From TPA_inf: Saccharomyces (lineage: Eukaryota), in the NCBI GenBank assembly GCA_000146045.2, contig BK006948.2:1024001-1088000 (forward strand): a DNA stretch of 64,000 bases. Direction: 5' to 3'. Of the stretch, positions 12,472 through 25,510 are shown in pieces (within the stretch, counting starts at the first letter, position 1; every line of letters starts with the position of its first letter). A model generated the notes under the pieces. The model had not been told where the DNA came from. It did no database searches and worked only from the letters and a program-made list of their open reading frames with translations. Both the position numbers and the translations under genes were made by a program.

Positions 12472-12833
12472 AGTTGGAATCAATGCTCTATTCTGACCAA
12501 TTTATTCCAATTTGGACACTTTTTCCACCCACAATGCCGATGCCAAATATTCAGAAGATCCTTGCAGCTCCTTAAGGCTCTGTCCTATTTGTTTTGTTTT
12601 GTTCTTGTTTTGTTGTTTTTTTTTTTTGCGTCCCGTTTCTTTTCGCGAGGAGGGTTACGCCAAACGCCAAAAGGCTTATGCGGGTAGTGACCTAAACTTG
12701 TTTACTGGAATGCTATTAACGATGCACAACAGATAATGAATAAATACAGATGAGTATCTAGGATGCCAGAAGTGTTCAACAATATTCAGGTGAAAAAATT
12801 GCCGACTAGGTTGAATAGTAAAAGCATACCGAA

Positions 12834-13517
12834 ATGGATATGGATACGCAGGAGGCAGAACTATCGAGCCAGCTGGAGAATCTTACAATAAATTCACCAC
12901 GAAAGCTACGCTCGAACGCGCACAGTAACAGTGGTAAAGTGTTTAAGGAATATGAAAGTAACCACGATTTTCAAGATTCAAATTTTACTTCCCAAGTTGT
13001 GGAACCTGCAATATCCGATTCTGTCAAAAAACCTCCTACAATGACAGTTTTGAACAACTATAGCACGGTGCATCAGAAAGTGCCGTCAGGTTTTTCAGGC
13101 ACGACTGCTACATCTCATCAAGAAGCTCAATGGAAGCAGTATTTCCCTGGTATTGGTAGCGGCGGTGGTACCAACTTTGGTGGCGCTGTTGGTACTGCAA
13201 ACAAAGTTCCTGAATCGGATCTCATTGTGAGCGACTTGGTTAAGGATTTATCTGGAGTTCTTGAAACAAATACATTTAAAAGACATTTAGATATGAAGAA
13301 TAAAACTACTACTATGCAGACCCATGAAAACCATGATACGATTAGTATTTCACATTCTAAAGATTTCTTTAACGCTGAGAAGGTCTCATCGTCGTTTTCT
13401 GATGACAGCGATTCTGGCCCAGCAGCTGAGGCACATGATGTATTTGATGGCATATTACAAAAGCAAAAATCGAATTATTTGGTGGGTTCTTATCCAAGTA
13501 ATAGCAACAACAAAAAC

Positions 13518-13551
<34 letters not shown>

Positions 13552-15389
13552 GTATTAATATTAATAATAAGGATAACGCTAGAACGAAGGAGGAGGACGA
13601 AGAGGACACTTCCAATTCTTTTGAATTTTCATCATCGTCATCCATGTCGTCCTCTCAAACTCAATCAGGCAGAAAATCAAAAGTTCTCAAGAAACCTCCA
13701 TTGAACACTATTTCACCCGGTCAATTGGGATATCAGTTTAACCATACACACGGCGCATGGGATCCGCCGCTGAACCAGGGCTTAGATGTGTCGAGTTCAC
13801 ATTCTCTGGACAATACATCTTCCAACCAGTCCCAGTTCGCCACAATGGTACCAACTGGAGATAATCACACTAACGGTAAGGCACCTTCAATTCTAGATAA
13901 GAAGGCGTATGAATTAACCAGTACCAAACCAGGTGATGTTGGCTACCGCCAAAAGAAAATACAAGAAGAAGAAAATCTAGCAAATAGCGATGACACGCCC
14001 CTAGACACACCAAAATTTAATGACCTTTTTACGAAAAATGGCACTAGAGCGAAGGTTAAAGGACAAATGCGTACCTCTCGTTCAATCTCTAATTCCAATC
14101 TACTAGAAGCTCACAAGAAACTAAAGACCTTCCCCGCTGAACGGGTTGAAGATATTACGTCCATTTCCGAAGTAAACACCTCGTTCAACGAAACTGAAAA
14201 GCAGCTAATATCAATCTTGACTAGTAAACTATCTGGTTCTCCAAGCTATGATTCCGATTGGGAAAAAATCCTGAAAGTTGACCTATCAAGGGGCAAACTG
14301 AAGAATATGTTTGGCATGCAAAGACTACTACCGAATGTATTAGTGCTAAACCTTAGTGACAATGAAATGAACACTCTAGAAGGTATACCCTCGAACGTTG
14401 TACAGCTATTTTGTTCAAACAACAAAATAACGAGCGCACATTGTTCATTAGCCGGATTCCACGATCTGGAATGCCTCGACTTATCGTACAACCTCTTGAA
14501 TACAAGTTTAAAATTTTTGTCACTTTGTCATCACCTGCAAGAGGTGAACCTTTCTTACAACTCCATCCAATCCTTAGAAGGGATAGGATCCTCCAGGATG
14601 AAAAAACTGAACCTTTCTAACAACGAGATTAATGGTATCATCGATTTCGAACAATTGATACTAACAAACAACTCTGTCGTGGGCGGCTGGTTGACCGTGG
14701 AAGTCTTAGATCTAAGCAACAATAACATAATTGGCGTAAGAAACATCAATTGCTTGCCCCGCCTGAAGGTTTTAAACCTCAATGGTAACCCGCTAGTTTC
14801 CATCGTGGAATCTTCTAAGATGGAGAACGGAACGTTGAGAGCGCTTTCCATCAAAAATACAGGAGGCGCGCTATCCAAATTACAAAATTACAAGTTGGAT
14901 GATCAATTCACGTTCCCCTACCAAAATCTAAAGATTCTAAAACTGGACGGCTTCGCTCAACTTAGCAAATGGCAAAAATGGCCTGCCACTTTGCAAATTC
15001 TGGAGATCAACGGCGGCCTGGCCTCCTCTTTGCCGCGATTCTCTTCTCTAAAATCCACCAACTTATATTCTCTAACTATAGCTAATGTTAGAGACTTCAC
15101 ACACTTACCAGTGGACCTCTCCAAGGAACTACCGTTCTTGCAAGAGCTACATCTGCCAGGCAACAACCTACAAAACGCACACAAGTTAACAAAAACTCTC
15201 CCACGCCAATCAGTAAAATTTCTTGATCTACGAAATAACCCAATCACGACACCACGCCACGATCGCGCCAGCACGAGCTTGCATTACCGGCAGTTGCTCC
15301 AGCTTGCTGGCCTCTGCCAGCAGCAATGTCCCGCCCTGGCGACCCTCTGGTTAGATGACACTCCTGCCCCAACTGCCACGAATCTGTAA
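12834..15389 (+). CDS. NUD1: Spindle pole body outer-plaque protein, mitotic exit network scaffold, leucine-rich repeats, 851 aa
   Basis: 851-aa ORF; C-terminal LRR-like repeats (LNLSDNEMNTLEGIP..., LDLSYNLLNTSL..., LNLSNNEINGI...); poly-Asn tract; synteny. Confidence 0.9.
13518..13550 (+). repeat. (AAT)11 trinucleotide repeat encoding the poly-Asn run in NUD1
   Basis: Directly visible: aataataataataataataataataataataat; protein NNKNNNNNNNNNNNNNSININNKDN. Confidence 0.95.
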
Positions 15390-15647
15390 CCCCATAACTA
15401 TACCCGTACGCAGTACTAAAAATGTATGTAATTAGTAAATGTATGTAACAATTTCACCGTTTTGTGTAACAATTCATTCATTCATTCTTTTGATCCTTTA
15501 GTACCGTCCGCACATGATGTCATTTCCCCCTCATTTTTGTTTGCTGGTATGATTCCCCGCCCGGGCGACGGTACGGCTGTTATCCAGCGATGCGGGACTT
15601 CCGTCCACAGGTATCTTTTTCTCCAACTCCAACAGAGATGGAAAATG

Positions 15648-15652
15648 AGGGG
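15648..15652 (+). promoter_or_regulatory. STRE-like AGGGG embedded in a GC-rich block (tgaggggcgggtg), ~190 bp upstream of ALD4. A G8 run lies at 15719-15726 and a TATAAA at 15712-15717.
   Basis: Seen in sequence; ALD4 is glucose-repressed and stress-induced by established knowledge; the site assignment is an inference. Confidence 0.35.
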
Positions 15653-15839
15653 CGGGTGTAGGTAAGCAGAATGAGGAGAAATTTGTAATGAAAATGGAAG
15701 TTCGGCGGTTATATAAATGGGGGGGGTTTGTCGGTGACAATTGACTTCACTCTCCTTTCCTCAAAAATTCTTGGGTGTTAGGATTAGAAGTATCTGGAAA
15801 ACCAACCAAGAAAACTACAATAACAAAAATAAATAAAGC

Positions 15840-17399
15840 ATGTTCAGTAGATCTACGCTCTGCTTAAAGACGTCTGCATCCTCCATTGGGAGACTTCAAT
15901 TGAGATATTTCTCACACCTTCCTATGACAGTGCCTATCAAGCTGCCCAATGGGTTGGAATATGAGCAACCAACGGGGTTGTTCATCAACAACAAGTTTGT
16001 TCCTTCTAAACAGAACAAGACCTTCGAAGTCATTAACCCTTCCACGGAAGAAGAAATATGTCATATTTATGAAGGTAGAGAGGACGATGTGGAAGAGGCC
16101 GTGCAGGCCGCCGACCGTGCCTTCTCTAATGGGTCTTGGAACGGTATCGACCCTATTGACAGGGGTAAGGCTTTGTACAGGTTAGCCGAATTAATTGAAC
16201 AGGACAAGGATGTCATTGCTTCCATCGAGACTTTGGATAACGGTAAAGCTATCTCTTCCTCGAGAGGAGATGTTGATTTAGTCATCAACTATTTGAAATC
16301 TTCTGCTGGCTTTGCTGATAAAATTGATGGTAGAATGATTGATACTGGTAGAACCCATTTTTCTTACACTAAGAGACAGCCTTTGGGTGTTTGTGGGCAG
16401 ATTATTCCTTGGAATTTCCCACTGTTGATGTGGGCCTGGAAGATTGCCCCTGCTTTGGTCACCGGTAACACCGTCGTGTTGAAGACTGCCGAATCCACCC
16501 CATTGTCCGCTTTGTATGTGTCTAAATACATCCCACAGGCGGGTATTCCACCTGGTGTGATCAACATTGTATCCGGGTTTGGTAAGATTGTGGGTGAGGC
16601 CATTACAAACCATCCAAAAATCAAAAAGGTTGCCTTCACAGGGTCCACGGCTACGGGTAGACACATTTACCAGTCCGCAGCCGCAGGCTTGAAAAAAGTG
16701 ACTTTGGAGCTGGGTGGTAAATCACCAAACATTGTCTTCGCGGACGCCGAGTTGAAAAAAGCCGTGCAAAACATTATCCTTGGTATCTACTACAATTCTG
16801 GTGAGGTCTGTTGTGCGGGTTCAAGGGTGTATGTTGAAGAATCTATTTACGACAAATTCATTGAAGAGTTCAAAGCCGCTTCTGAATCCATCAAGGTGGG
16901 CGACCCATTCGATGAATCTACTTTCCAAGGTGCACAAACCTCTCAAATGCAACTAAACAAAATCTTGAAATACGTTGACATTGGTAAGAATGAAGGTGCT
17001 ACTTTGATTACCGGTGGTGAAAGATTAGGTAGCAAGGGTTACTTCATTAAGCCAACTGTCTTTGGTGACGTTAAGGAAGACATGAGAATTGTCAAAGAGG
17101 AAATCTTTGGCCCTGTTGTCACTGTAACCAAATTCAAATCTGCCGACGAAGTCATTAACATGGCGAACGATTCTGAATACGGGTTGGCTGCTGGTATTCA
17201 CACCTCTAATATTAATACCGCCTTAAAAGTGGCTGATAGAGTTAATGCGGGTACGGTCTGGATAAACACTTATAACGATTTCCACCACGCAGTTCCTTTC
17301 GGTGGGTTCAATGCATCTGGTTTGGGCAGGGAAATGTCTGTTGATGCTTTACAAAACTACTTGCAAGTTAAAGCGGTCCGTGCCAAATTGGACGAGTAA
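15840..17399 (+). CDS. ALD4: Mitochondrial aldehyde dehydrogenase, 519 aa
   Basis: Signatures ELGGKSP and the catalytic-Cys region GEVCCAGSR; N-terminal mitochondrial presequence [25 protein letters not shown]. Confidence 0.95.
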
Positions 17400-17677
17400 G
17401 GTCATCAATAAGCCTGGTGTCCAATCGATGCTTACATACATAAAATTAAATATTCTGTCTCTGTTATATTTCCACATGTCATCATTTCAAATATATGTAC
17501 TTTAAAGAAAATAAAATAAAAAATAAAATTTTTTTCTCCCGATAATCAATTTTCTTAATTAATTAATTGCGTTACGATTCCGTTTTTTTACTTCTTTTAT
17601 CTCATTATCTATCTAAGTTATTTAAAAAAAAGAAAGAACTTTTTATGAACTTTCCTCTTTTCTTTCTTTTAGACTAT

Positions 17678-19042
17678 TTAAAATACATCACCTTGGTCAA
17701 ACATAGCATCAGAGACCTTGATGAAACTTGCGATATTAGCACCTTTGACCAAAGATGGCAAGACCTTACCGTCCTTAGTGTACTTCTTGGCATAGTCGAT
17801 ACATTCATTGAAACAGTTGATCATAATTCTCTTCAACTCTTGGTCAACTCTTTCGCTAGTCCATGTGATTCTTTGAGAGTTTTGTGCCATTTCTAAACCA
17901 GAAACAGCAACACCACCCAAGTTAGCAGCCTTTGGTGGACCGTACCAAACAGCTTCGCTTGGTCCAGTGGCGGTGGAACGAGCAGTTTCAAAGACGGCAA
18001 TAGCTTCTGGAGTGGAACCCATGTTGGAACCTTCGGCAATAAACTTGACACCTTGAGCAACCAAGGCCTTGGCTTCTTCACCGCTGACTTCATTTTGGGT
18101 GGCACATGGCAAAGCAATGTCGACCTTTTGGACGTGGGTCCATGGACGAGCACCAGCAATGTATTGCACTTTGTTTTCGGAGAAAGTAGAGTATTCGTTG
18201 ACGATTTGTTCCAAGGACTTGAAGTTGACCTTAGCACTGGAAATATCAGCGACTTGTTCGGAGGTGATACCAGTTTCAGAGATGATACAACCCTTGGAGT
18301 CAGATAGGGAAACGACAGTACCACCTAGCTCAATAACCTTCAAGGCAGCGTATTGAGCAACGTTACCACTACCAGAGATGGTGACGCGCTTACCTTCGAA
18401 AGATTCCTTACCGTTTGTGGCATAGTCGATCATAGCTTGAGTATAGTAAACTAAACCGTAACCAGTGGCTTCTGGTCTGATCAAAGAACCACCCCAGTTC
18501 AAACCCTTACCGGTTAAGACACCTTCCCAGGAGTTCTTGTATGATCTGTAAGCACCGAACAGGTAACCAATTTCACGACCACCAACACCGATATCACCAG
18601 CTGGCACGTCAGTGTCTTGACCAATGTGTCTGCTCAATTCTCTCATGAAAGCATAACAGATTCTTCTGATTTCGTTATTAGATCTTCCCTTCAAGTCCAC
18701 ACATAGACCACCTTTACCACCACCCATGTCTAGGCCGGTCAAGGAGTTCTTGAAGATTTGTTCGAAACCCAAGAATTTCAAGATAGACAAGTTCACGGAA
18801 GGATGGAAACGTAGACCACCCTTGTATGGACCCTTGGCGGAGTTATATTGCACTCTGTAACCTTGAGCAACTTCTTGTTCACCCTTGTCATTTTCCCAGG
18901 TGACTCTGAATTGTATGATTCTTTCTGGAACAGAAACAATTGGCAAAACCTTTCTGTATTCTGGGTGTTGTTCGAAAAGAGTAGAGTCTTCCAAAGAGGA
19001 GACAACTTCTTCGTAAGCTTGTTGAAATTCTGGCTCTGACAT
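17678..19042 (-). CDS. GDH1: NADP-dependent glutamate dehydrogenase, 454 aa
   Basis: Protein [33 protein letters not shown]...; Glu/Leu/Phe/Val dehydrogenase signature region GGGKGG; 454 aa. Confidence 0.95.
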   Translation of the reverse strand: MSEPEFQQAYEEVVSSLEDSTLFEQHPEYRKVLPIVSVPERIIQFRVTWENDKGEQEVAQGYRVQYNSAKGPYKGGLRFHPSVNLSILKFLGFEQIFKNSLTGLDMGGGKGGLCVDLKGRSNNEIRRICYAFMRELSRHIGQDTDVPAGDIGVGGREIGYLFGAYRSYKNSWEGVLTGKGLNWGGSLIRPEATGYGLVYYTQAMIDYATNGKESFEGKRVTISGSGNVAQYAALKVIELGGTVVSLSDSKGCIISETGITSEQVADISSAKVNFKSLEQIVNEYSTFSENKVQYIAGARPWTHVQKVDIALPCATQNEVSGEEAKALVAQGVKFIAEGSNMGSTPEAIAVFETARSTATGPSEAVWYGPPKAANLGGVAVSGLEMAQNSQRITWTSERVDQELKRIMINCFNECIDYAKKYTKDGKVLPSLVKGANIASFIKVSDAMFDQGDVF

Positions 19043-19436
19043 TTCTTTTTCTTTTTGGTCTCCTAACTGTTATATTAGAATAATGCGATAGTACGTATCA
19101 AGCAACTTTCAATGCTATAAGAAAAGTCATTTAAAGAGTGAGAGAATATAAAATGGGTAAACGCATTTGTAACTCTCGTATATTTTATATATGAAAAACA
19201 GAAAATTTTCCAATCTTCTCTTACTTAGATTACGTATACTTTGCTTTAACAAGAAGCCGGCCTTTGCTGCTACTTCTTACGCTTTCTTCTTCCGCAATTT
19301 TTCAGTGCTGATTTTCATTATGGTACCTGATGAAAAAGAAAACGGCGCAGCAGCTGATAACAGCTTCTCTCTGCTGATTGGACGTGGGGTCGTACTATTT
19401 CTTTTTTATTGCCCCACCGCACTGAAAATGCATGGG

Positions 19437-19446
19437 CCGGTTCCGG
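19437..19446. promoter_or_regulatory. Leu3-type UAS CCGGTTCCGG (CCGGNNCCGG), ~400 bp upstream of GDH1
   Basis: Exact everted CCGG repeat seen at gggCCGGTTCCGGcgc; GDH1 is a known Leu3 target. Confidence 0.6.
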
Positions 19447-19450
19447 CGCA

Positions 19451-19485
19451 TTGGTTCTGCGATAAGAATATCGAGGCCATCCAAT
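19451..19485. promoter_or_regulatory. Cluster of HAP-complex CCAAT boxes (ATTGG 19451-19455; CCAAT 19481-19485; another CCAAT at 19210-19214) and a GATAAG GATA-factor site (19461-19466) in the GDH1 upstream region
   Basis: Motifs read directly; GDH1 is known to be HAP- and nitrogen-regulated; the functional assignment is an inference. Confidence 0.45.
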
Positions 19486-22102
19486 CAGATGGTCAGATAA
19501 GGTTATTAAGATCAGGCCCGTTTCCATGGAGTCATGGAACCTGCATAAGGGGAGCCTGATACACTAGAGAATAATGACCTGAGTGGATGTAGCATCATAT
19601 TCCTTATGAAATCCTCTTATCCAGCCAATCGTAAACGATGCCCTCCCCCACGTTATTGTTGTATAATTCAGGTTATGCCCAGATGCGGAGTGGTGCCCAG
19701 ATCGACTCGAACGCATGGTCTTCTAGGACTCTTTATCGCAGCCCCATGAAGCAGTGCCACTTTATACTGAATGGAGTTACTAATATGGTTTGGCTCGGTT
19801 GGTATACTGGCCACAGCCCGCTAGAATAATTCAAGAAAAAAAGCCAATGCTGGACAGAATCACTGTAGAGTTTAGCGGACTTGAACCTAAAGAAGTTCAT
19901 CTCCTTCTTGTCGGGAGCTTCGGTGTGCTAGTTTGTTACTGTCGAAGAGTCCATCATTAAGAGAAGTTTTCGAAGCTTCTGTCGCTGAACTACTGTATGC
20001 GAGATTACACTTTACAGAATAACTTGGGAAGCTGTCATTCTTGGTAGAATATGAAGGCTTTGAGTGCTGATCTAAGATCAGCTTACGCAAAGTTTCTTGC
20101 ACTTACGCGATTGGAGCCGACGGCTTGGTAAAAATTTTCGAAATTGCAGGTTCTTGAAGCAGAGATTGTTCCGAAGAAACTTGGTTTCCAATCAGATAGA
20201 GAAGTGGGCTTTCTGGTCATGCCACGCAAGTTACAAGCGCGGAATTGCTACCACTTTACGTCTTTCTTCATGTTCCTCGGACGTTTCCAATCATTAGCCG
20301 TTCCTCTAGACATCTACAGATCTATTCCTAATCACAACCTATCTCTAGCCGCAAGATATATCTGTGTGAGAGGGGTCGCAACAGGAATACCTTAAATGGG
20401 ATAACCGTCACGTGACTCTCACTAGGGGCATCAAGTGCGCTGCTTCTTCAAGGTTTTCGCGCCCTGTTTGAAGAAGTGGCACAGAATCCATAGAGTAATA
20501 TTACTAACGAGCTACGAAACTTAGCTTACCTATTAAATACTCAAAGAAAATACGCTGTGTATGCTTTTGCGGCACATCTATGTCATTAAATCTCTCCATG
20601 GCGCGTATATTTTATGACGGGAAATCTGAGGCCGATCGAGGAGGGAAATTACTAGAAAAGCTTATCCTTCTTTACCTCCGAACAAATTTTAAAATATACC
20701 TCAATGGGAATAAAGAATGCAAGGAAAGGCAAGGTTCAGCCTATGATGATGAATATCGTACTCTAAAATTATAGATATCTAACTGTGGGCGTATTAAACC
20801 TTGCTTTGGTCATTATCCAATCGTGTATGCAGAGAGCGGGGCGATATGCAGCAAACAAAAGGGGCGAAATAATAGTTACTCCAAAGATGAAATGGCAGAA
20901 GAAAATGGAAAACTATACAGTTTGCGAAGGAGGCATCCTCTTAGTTAAAAAAAAATTTGGACTCATTGCACTGCAAACAGAGTTTCTAGGATTGTCATAT
21001 TTTGTACCTCCTGGAATGTTAAGACTTTCTCATTAATAATGGTGTGATACACTTATAGTTGGGTGCTAAAAGGTAACTGCAAGCCCCACATCTATAATAT
21101 TACCGTTAAGTTTCCGGCGAATAGTTTCTCTTTTCGCCCCTCTATTTCTCCCTTCAAATGTGAAGATAAGGAGGACAGCCATAAATATTCCTGTAATGAC
21201 ATTCCATCTTGGGTGGACAATTTTATGGTATAATCAAGCGTATTTAGAAGTTTGGGCGACAGTATTTCAAGACGAGATGCATAAGTATTCTCTTCATCCT
21301 CAATCCCGCGATGCTAAAACAAAGTTTTGTTGTTGCATTCCATTTAAGTAGAGCAAAAGCGTGGCAAATCTGAAAAATTGCCACATAGGGTGCTAAATTT
21401 GGTATAATGGCACAAATAAACAATCTCAGTTTACTGACAGTGAACTACAGGAATATACAATTTTGAGGTGTTAACGACCAACCGTTAATAGCTTATTCTC
21501 TCATATGTTATACCACTGTAGGAAGAGGTGGTTTCAACTGTATTTTGAGCACAGGTAGATATAAGCTCTGGACAGTTTTGCTACCCCTTGAAAGAATTCA
21601 ACAGTATTTTCTGAGGTACTCATCGTAAAAGATTGCTAATTTTGGTCGCGATGTATATAGGTAAAGGAGTATTTCCTAAAAGTTGCCAAAGATTATCAAA
21701 ATATTACCGTGTTTATAAAATAAACTGACACCCGGATAATTAAGAAGTGGTAAGCTTATGTTAGAGTACTTGTACTTGACAAGTAAAATCAGAATTGGGA
21801 ATTATCAATTGAGATCACGTGCAAACCGAAGAAATGCAAAGAAGTAAGGTTAGGGTTTATGGACCCAGGCAGCAGAAAATTGTAGCTTCATTTGTTGGCA
21901 CAGGACTATTCCACCCTTAGAATTGACTTTTTGGACATTGAGCTAAGGTTCAATGCACTCGATGGTCTTCTCACTTCCGAATATATAGATCTAGCGTGTG
22001 AGGACTACTCATTGGCTTGCGATTTACGGTTTTTATATTTTTTGCCGCACATCATTTTTTGGCCTGGTATTGTCATCGCGTTGAGCGGACTCTGAATATA
22101 AT

Positions 22103-22114
22103 CCTATTGTTTTT
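22103..22114 (+). promoter_or_regulatory. Rox1-like site CCTATTGTTTTT (consensus YYYATTGTTCTC), ~115 bp upstream of ATF1
   Basis: Motif seen; ATF1 is oxygen/Rox1-repressed by established knowledge; partial match only. Confidence 0.35.
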
Positions 22115-22225
22115 TATGGATCTCTGGAAGCGTCTTTTTGAAGCCAACCCAACAAAAATTCGAGACAAGAAAATAAAAAACGGCACTTCATCAGTATCAC
22201 AAATACCATCAATTTATCAGCTCTC

Positions 22226-23803
22226 ATGAATGAAATCGATGAGAAAAATCAGGCCCCCGTGCAACAAGAATGCCTGAAAGAGATGATTCAGAATGGGCAT
22301 GCTCGGCGTATGGGATCTGTTGAAGATCTGTATGTTGCTCTCAACAGACAAAACTTATATCGAAACTTCTGCACATATGGAGAATTGAGTGATTACTGTA
22401 CTAGGGATCAGCTCACATTAGCTTTGAGGGAAATCTGCCTGAAAAATCCAACTCTTTTACATATTGTTCTACCAACAAGATGGCCAAATCATGAAAATTA
22501 TTATCGCAGTTCCGAATACTATTCACGGCCACATCCAGTGCATGATTATATTTCAGTATTACAAGAATTGAAACTGAGTGGTGTGGTTCTCAATGAACAA
22601 CCTGAGTACAGTGCAGTAATGAAGCAAATATTAGAAGAATTCAAAAATAGTAAGGGTTCCTATACTGCAAAAATTTTTAAACTTACTACCACTTTGACTA
22701 TTCCTTACTTTGGACCAACAGGACCGAGTTGGCGGCTAATTTGTCTTCCAGAAGAGCACACAGAAAAGTGGAAAAAATTTATCTTTGTATCTAATCATTG
22801 CATGTCTGATGGTCGGTCTTCGATCCACTTTTTTCATGATTTAAGAGACGAATTAAATAATATTAAAACTCCACCAAAAAAATTAGATTACATTTTCAAG
22901 TACGAGGAGGATTACCAATTATTGAGGAAACTTCCAGAACCGATCGAAAAGGTGATAGACTTTAGACCACCGTACTTGTTTATTCCGAAGTCACTTCTTT
23001 CGGGTTTCATCTACAATCATTTGAGATTTTCTTCAAAAGGTGTCTGTATGAGAATGGATGATGTGGAAAAAACCGATGATGTTGTCACCGAGATCATCAA
23101 TATTTCACCAACAGAATTTCAAGCGATTAAAGCAAATATTAAATCAAATATCCAAGGTAAGTGTACTATCACTCCGTTTTTACATGTTTGTTGGTTTGTA
23201 TCTCTTCATAAATGGGGTAAATTTTTCAAACCATTGAACTTCGAATGGCTTACGGATATTTTTATCCCCGCAGATTGCCGCTCACAACTACCAGATGATG
23301 ATGAAATGAGACAGATGTACAGATATGGCGCTAACGTTGGATTTATTGACTTCACCCCCTGGATAAGCGAATTTGACATGAATGATAACAAAGAAAATTT
23401 TTGGCCACTTATTGAGCACTACCATGAAGTAATTTCGGAAGCTTTAAGAAATAAAAAGCATCTCCATGGCTTAGGGTTCAATATACAAGGCTTCGTTCAA
23501 AAATATGTGAACATTGACAAGGTAATGTGCGATCGTGCCATCGGGAAAAGACGCGGAGGTACATTGTTAAGCAATGTAGGTCTGTTTAATCAGTTAGAGG
23601 AGCCCGATGCCAAATATTCTATATGCGATTTGGCATTTGGCCAATTTCAAGGATCCTGGCACCAAGCATTTTCCTTGGGTGTTTGTTCGACTAATGTAAA
23701 GGGGATGAATATTGTTGTTGCTTCAACAAAGAATGTTGTTGGTAGTCAAGAATCTCTCGAAGAGCTTTGCTCCATTTACAAAGCTCTCCTTTTAGGCCCT
23801 TAG
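22226..23803 (+). CDS. ATF1: Alcohol O-acetyltransferase (acetate ester synthesis), 525 aa
   Basis: Protein MNEIDEKNQAPVQQECLKEMIQNGHARRMG...; acyltransferase HxxxD motif within FVSNHCMSDGRS; 525 aa. Confidence 0.95.
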   Translation: MNEIDEKNQAPVQQECLKEMIQNGHARRMGSVEDLYVALNRQNLYRNFCTYGELSDYCTRDQLTLALREICLKNPTLLHIVLPTRWPNHENYYRSSEYYSRPHPVHDYISVLQELKLSGVVLNEQPEYSAVMKQILEEFKNSKGSYTAKIFKLTTTLTIPYFGPTGPSWRLICLPEEHTEKWKKFIFVSNHCMSDGRSSIHFFHDLRDELNNIKTPPKKLDYIFKYEEDYQLLRKLPEPIEKVIDFRPPYLFIPKSLLSGFIYNHLRFSSKGVCMRMDDVEKTDDVVTEIINISPTEFQAIKANIKSNIQGKCTITPFLHVCWFVSLHKWGKFFKPLNFEWLTDIFIPADCRSQLPDDDEMRQMYRYGANVGFIDFTPWISEFDMNDNKENFWPLIEHYHEVISEALRNKKHLHGLGFNIQGFVQKYVNIDKVMCDRAIGKRRGGTLLSNVGLFNQLEEPDAKYSICDLAFGQFQGSWHQAFSLGVCSTNVKGMNIVVASTKNVVGSQESLEELCSIYKALLLGP

Positions 23804-25510
23804 ATCTCACATGATGCTTGACTGATATTATTCGACAATATGATTATGTCGTGTAAATAACCCACTTTCATGTTGTCACTCCCTCGGCTTTGGTTGGTTA
23901 AAGGGACTTATCGGTTTCTTTTTTTAGAGTTGATTTAAGATCAGATCGAAGTAAATAACGTGCAGAACATTGCATATGATAGATAACAACCTATAGTATA
24001 TATTTCAAAATCGCGACAAATCTGAAATATTAATTGATTTGATTAGCTGCAGAGATCTTCTCGATGTAAGGAGCTATTTAAATAGAAAGGGTCAGAATCG
24101 TCGTCCTGTGGGAGCTGGTATATACTAAATTGATGAACAACTAAAATAGCACTCTCATTGTCATTTTGGGTGTGAGACCTTAAGCAAGGAGAGATATTTT
24201 TAATGGATGTATTAGCGCAGCCGTTGCTTACGGTATTCCTTGGCATATTGTCCCTGAAAAAAAACCGTTGTACACTCGGATACGCATTTTTCGGACTTCT
24301 CCCACCCAAGAAACGCAACTTTTGAAGGGCGCCTACACCACTAGACCAACAAGGCCAATGCAAAGCTACAAACAAATGCGTGGGCGCATGGGCATAAGGA
24401 GGTGTAAAAAGCTTTTTTTTTTTATGTGAGGAATTACAGGCGGAAGATACTCAAATAAAGCACTGATTTGATGTTACCGAACTTTTCCCCAGGCATAAAA
24501 TTTTATTTTCATATTTCATCAATTCGATATTATTGATATCGCACCTAATGTAGTCATTTCCTTTCTCTCTTTGCTAGTAGATTTTAAAAAGGTTTCTTGC
24601 TGTATTTTTTTATACTTTTATAGACGCCGCTTTCCAAAGTTCATCTAAAATAAGTCGCTACAATGATTTGATCTTGATTCGGTGCTTCAGGAGCCTGCTT
24701 GCTTCTTTGCAGCTTCGGCAATTTGGAACCTTGTGTGCATATCCTCGTTTGTAAGCCCAGAAGCACACAGACATCGATCACATCTATAATAGGAGCATGC
24801 TATCATAAAAGATTCACAGTATTCGTATAATTACATGGCAGACTTTTTGAAAAGAATGGTATGGAACCAAGTGAGCGCCTAGAAAAAAAGCTGAAAAGCT
24901 GAAATCTTAATTGGATAAGAAACTTCAATAACATTTTTCACGCGTTTCTTTTTCAACTAGATTAGCCTTAACAAACGACAATCATCGAGTACCCACGCTC
25001 ATTACGCTGAACGTGCAAATGTAACGGGGTGGAAACCTAAAACGTTGAATGAACTAGCCAGAACGATGACAATTGCGGCAAGCTTTCCATACGTGTTCTG
25101 TTGTTGCGGCTTAGAGTGGTAGGTAACCGCGCCAAGCAAAATTACCTACCACTTTAAGCCCAAAAAGGTGATGTGTAGCTATTGCGGCTGTGGCGGCTAT
25201 TGCGGTTGTCGCCACGCTTGTCGCCAGGGTTGTCGCTACGAATGTTTCAGCTTTTTTTTCAATGGGCCACTCTTTTCACGTGAAGCGCTCCACGAAATGT
25301 GCGGATATTGCGGAAGCTCTCAATGATGAGCTATCGGTAGGGATTAAAATAAACGAGATTTGGCAGCAGTTTTAAATACCAAGGGAGTAGTATATCTAGC
25401 CTCCAATAACTTCATTTGTGGAAACTTACTTCTATCTCACTCTCTACCTGAAAAGAAAACAAATATTGTACATTCATCAATTGCTGGAACATAAAGAACA
25501 TAAAATCAAT

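Noticed and set aside
13324-13704. 126-aa plus-strand ORF and 108-aa minus-strand ORF inside NUD1
   Set aside because: Alternative-frame readings across the (AAT)n repeat (giving poly-Ile) and surrounding sequence; embedded in a well-supported 851-aa gene.
15540-15560. Mig1 site in the ALD4 promoter (ccccgcccgggcg GC-box)
   Set aside because: GC-box present, but the flanking AT-rich requirement and exact SYGGGG orientation could not be satisfied convincingly by eye.
19191-19559. 122-aa plus-strand ORF upstream of GDH1
   Set aside because: Overlaps the GDH1 UAS cluster (Leu3/CCAAT/GATA sites); no codon-usage or domain support; likely the dubious ORF YOR376W rather than a real gene.
25418-25510. 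31-codon N-terminal extension (METYFYLTLYLKRKQ...) of the MFS transporter ORF
   Set aside because: AT-rich promoter-like sequence with a TATA-like region; the annotated-length protein (515 aa) begins at the internal Met at 25511. The extension is probably untranslated leader.
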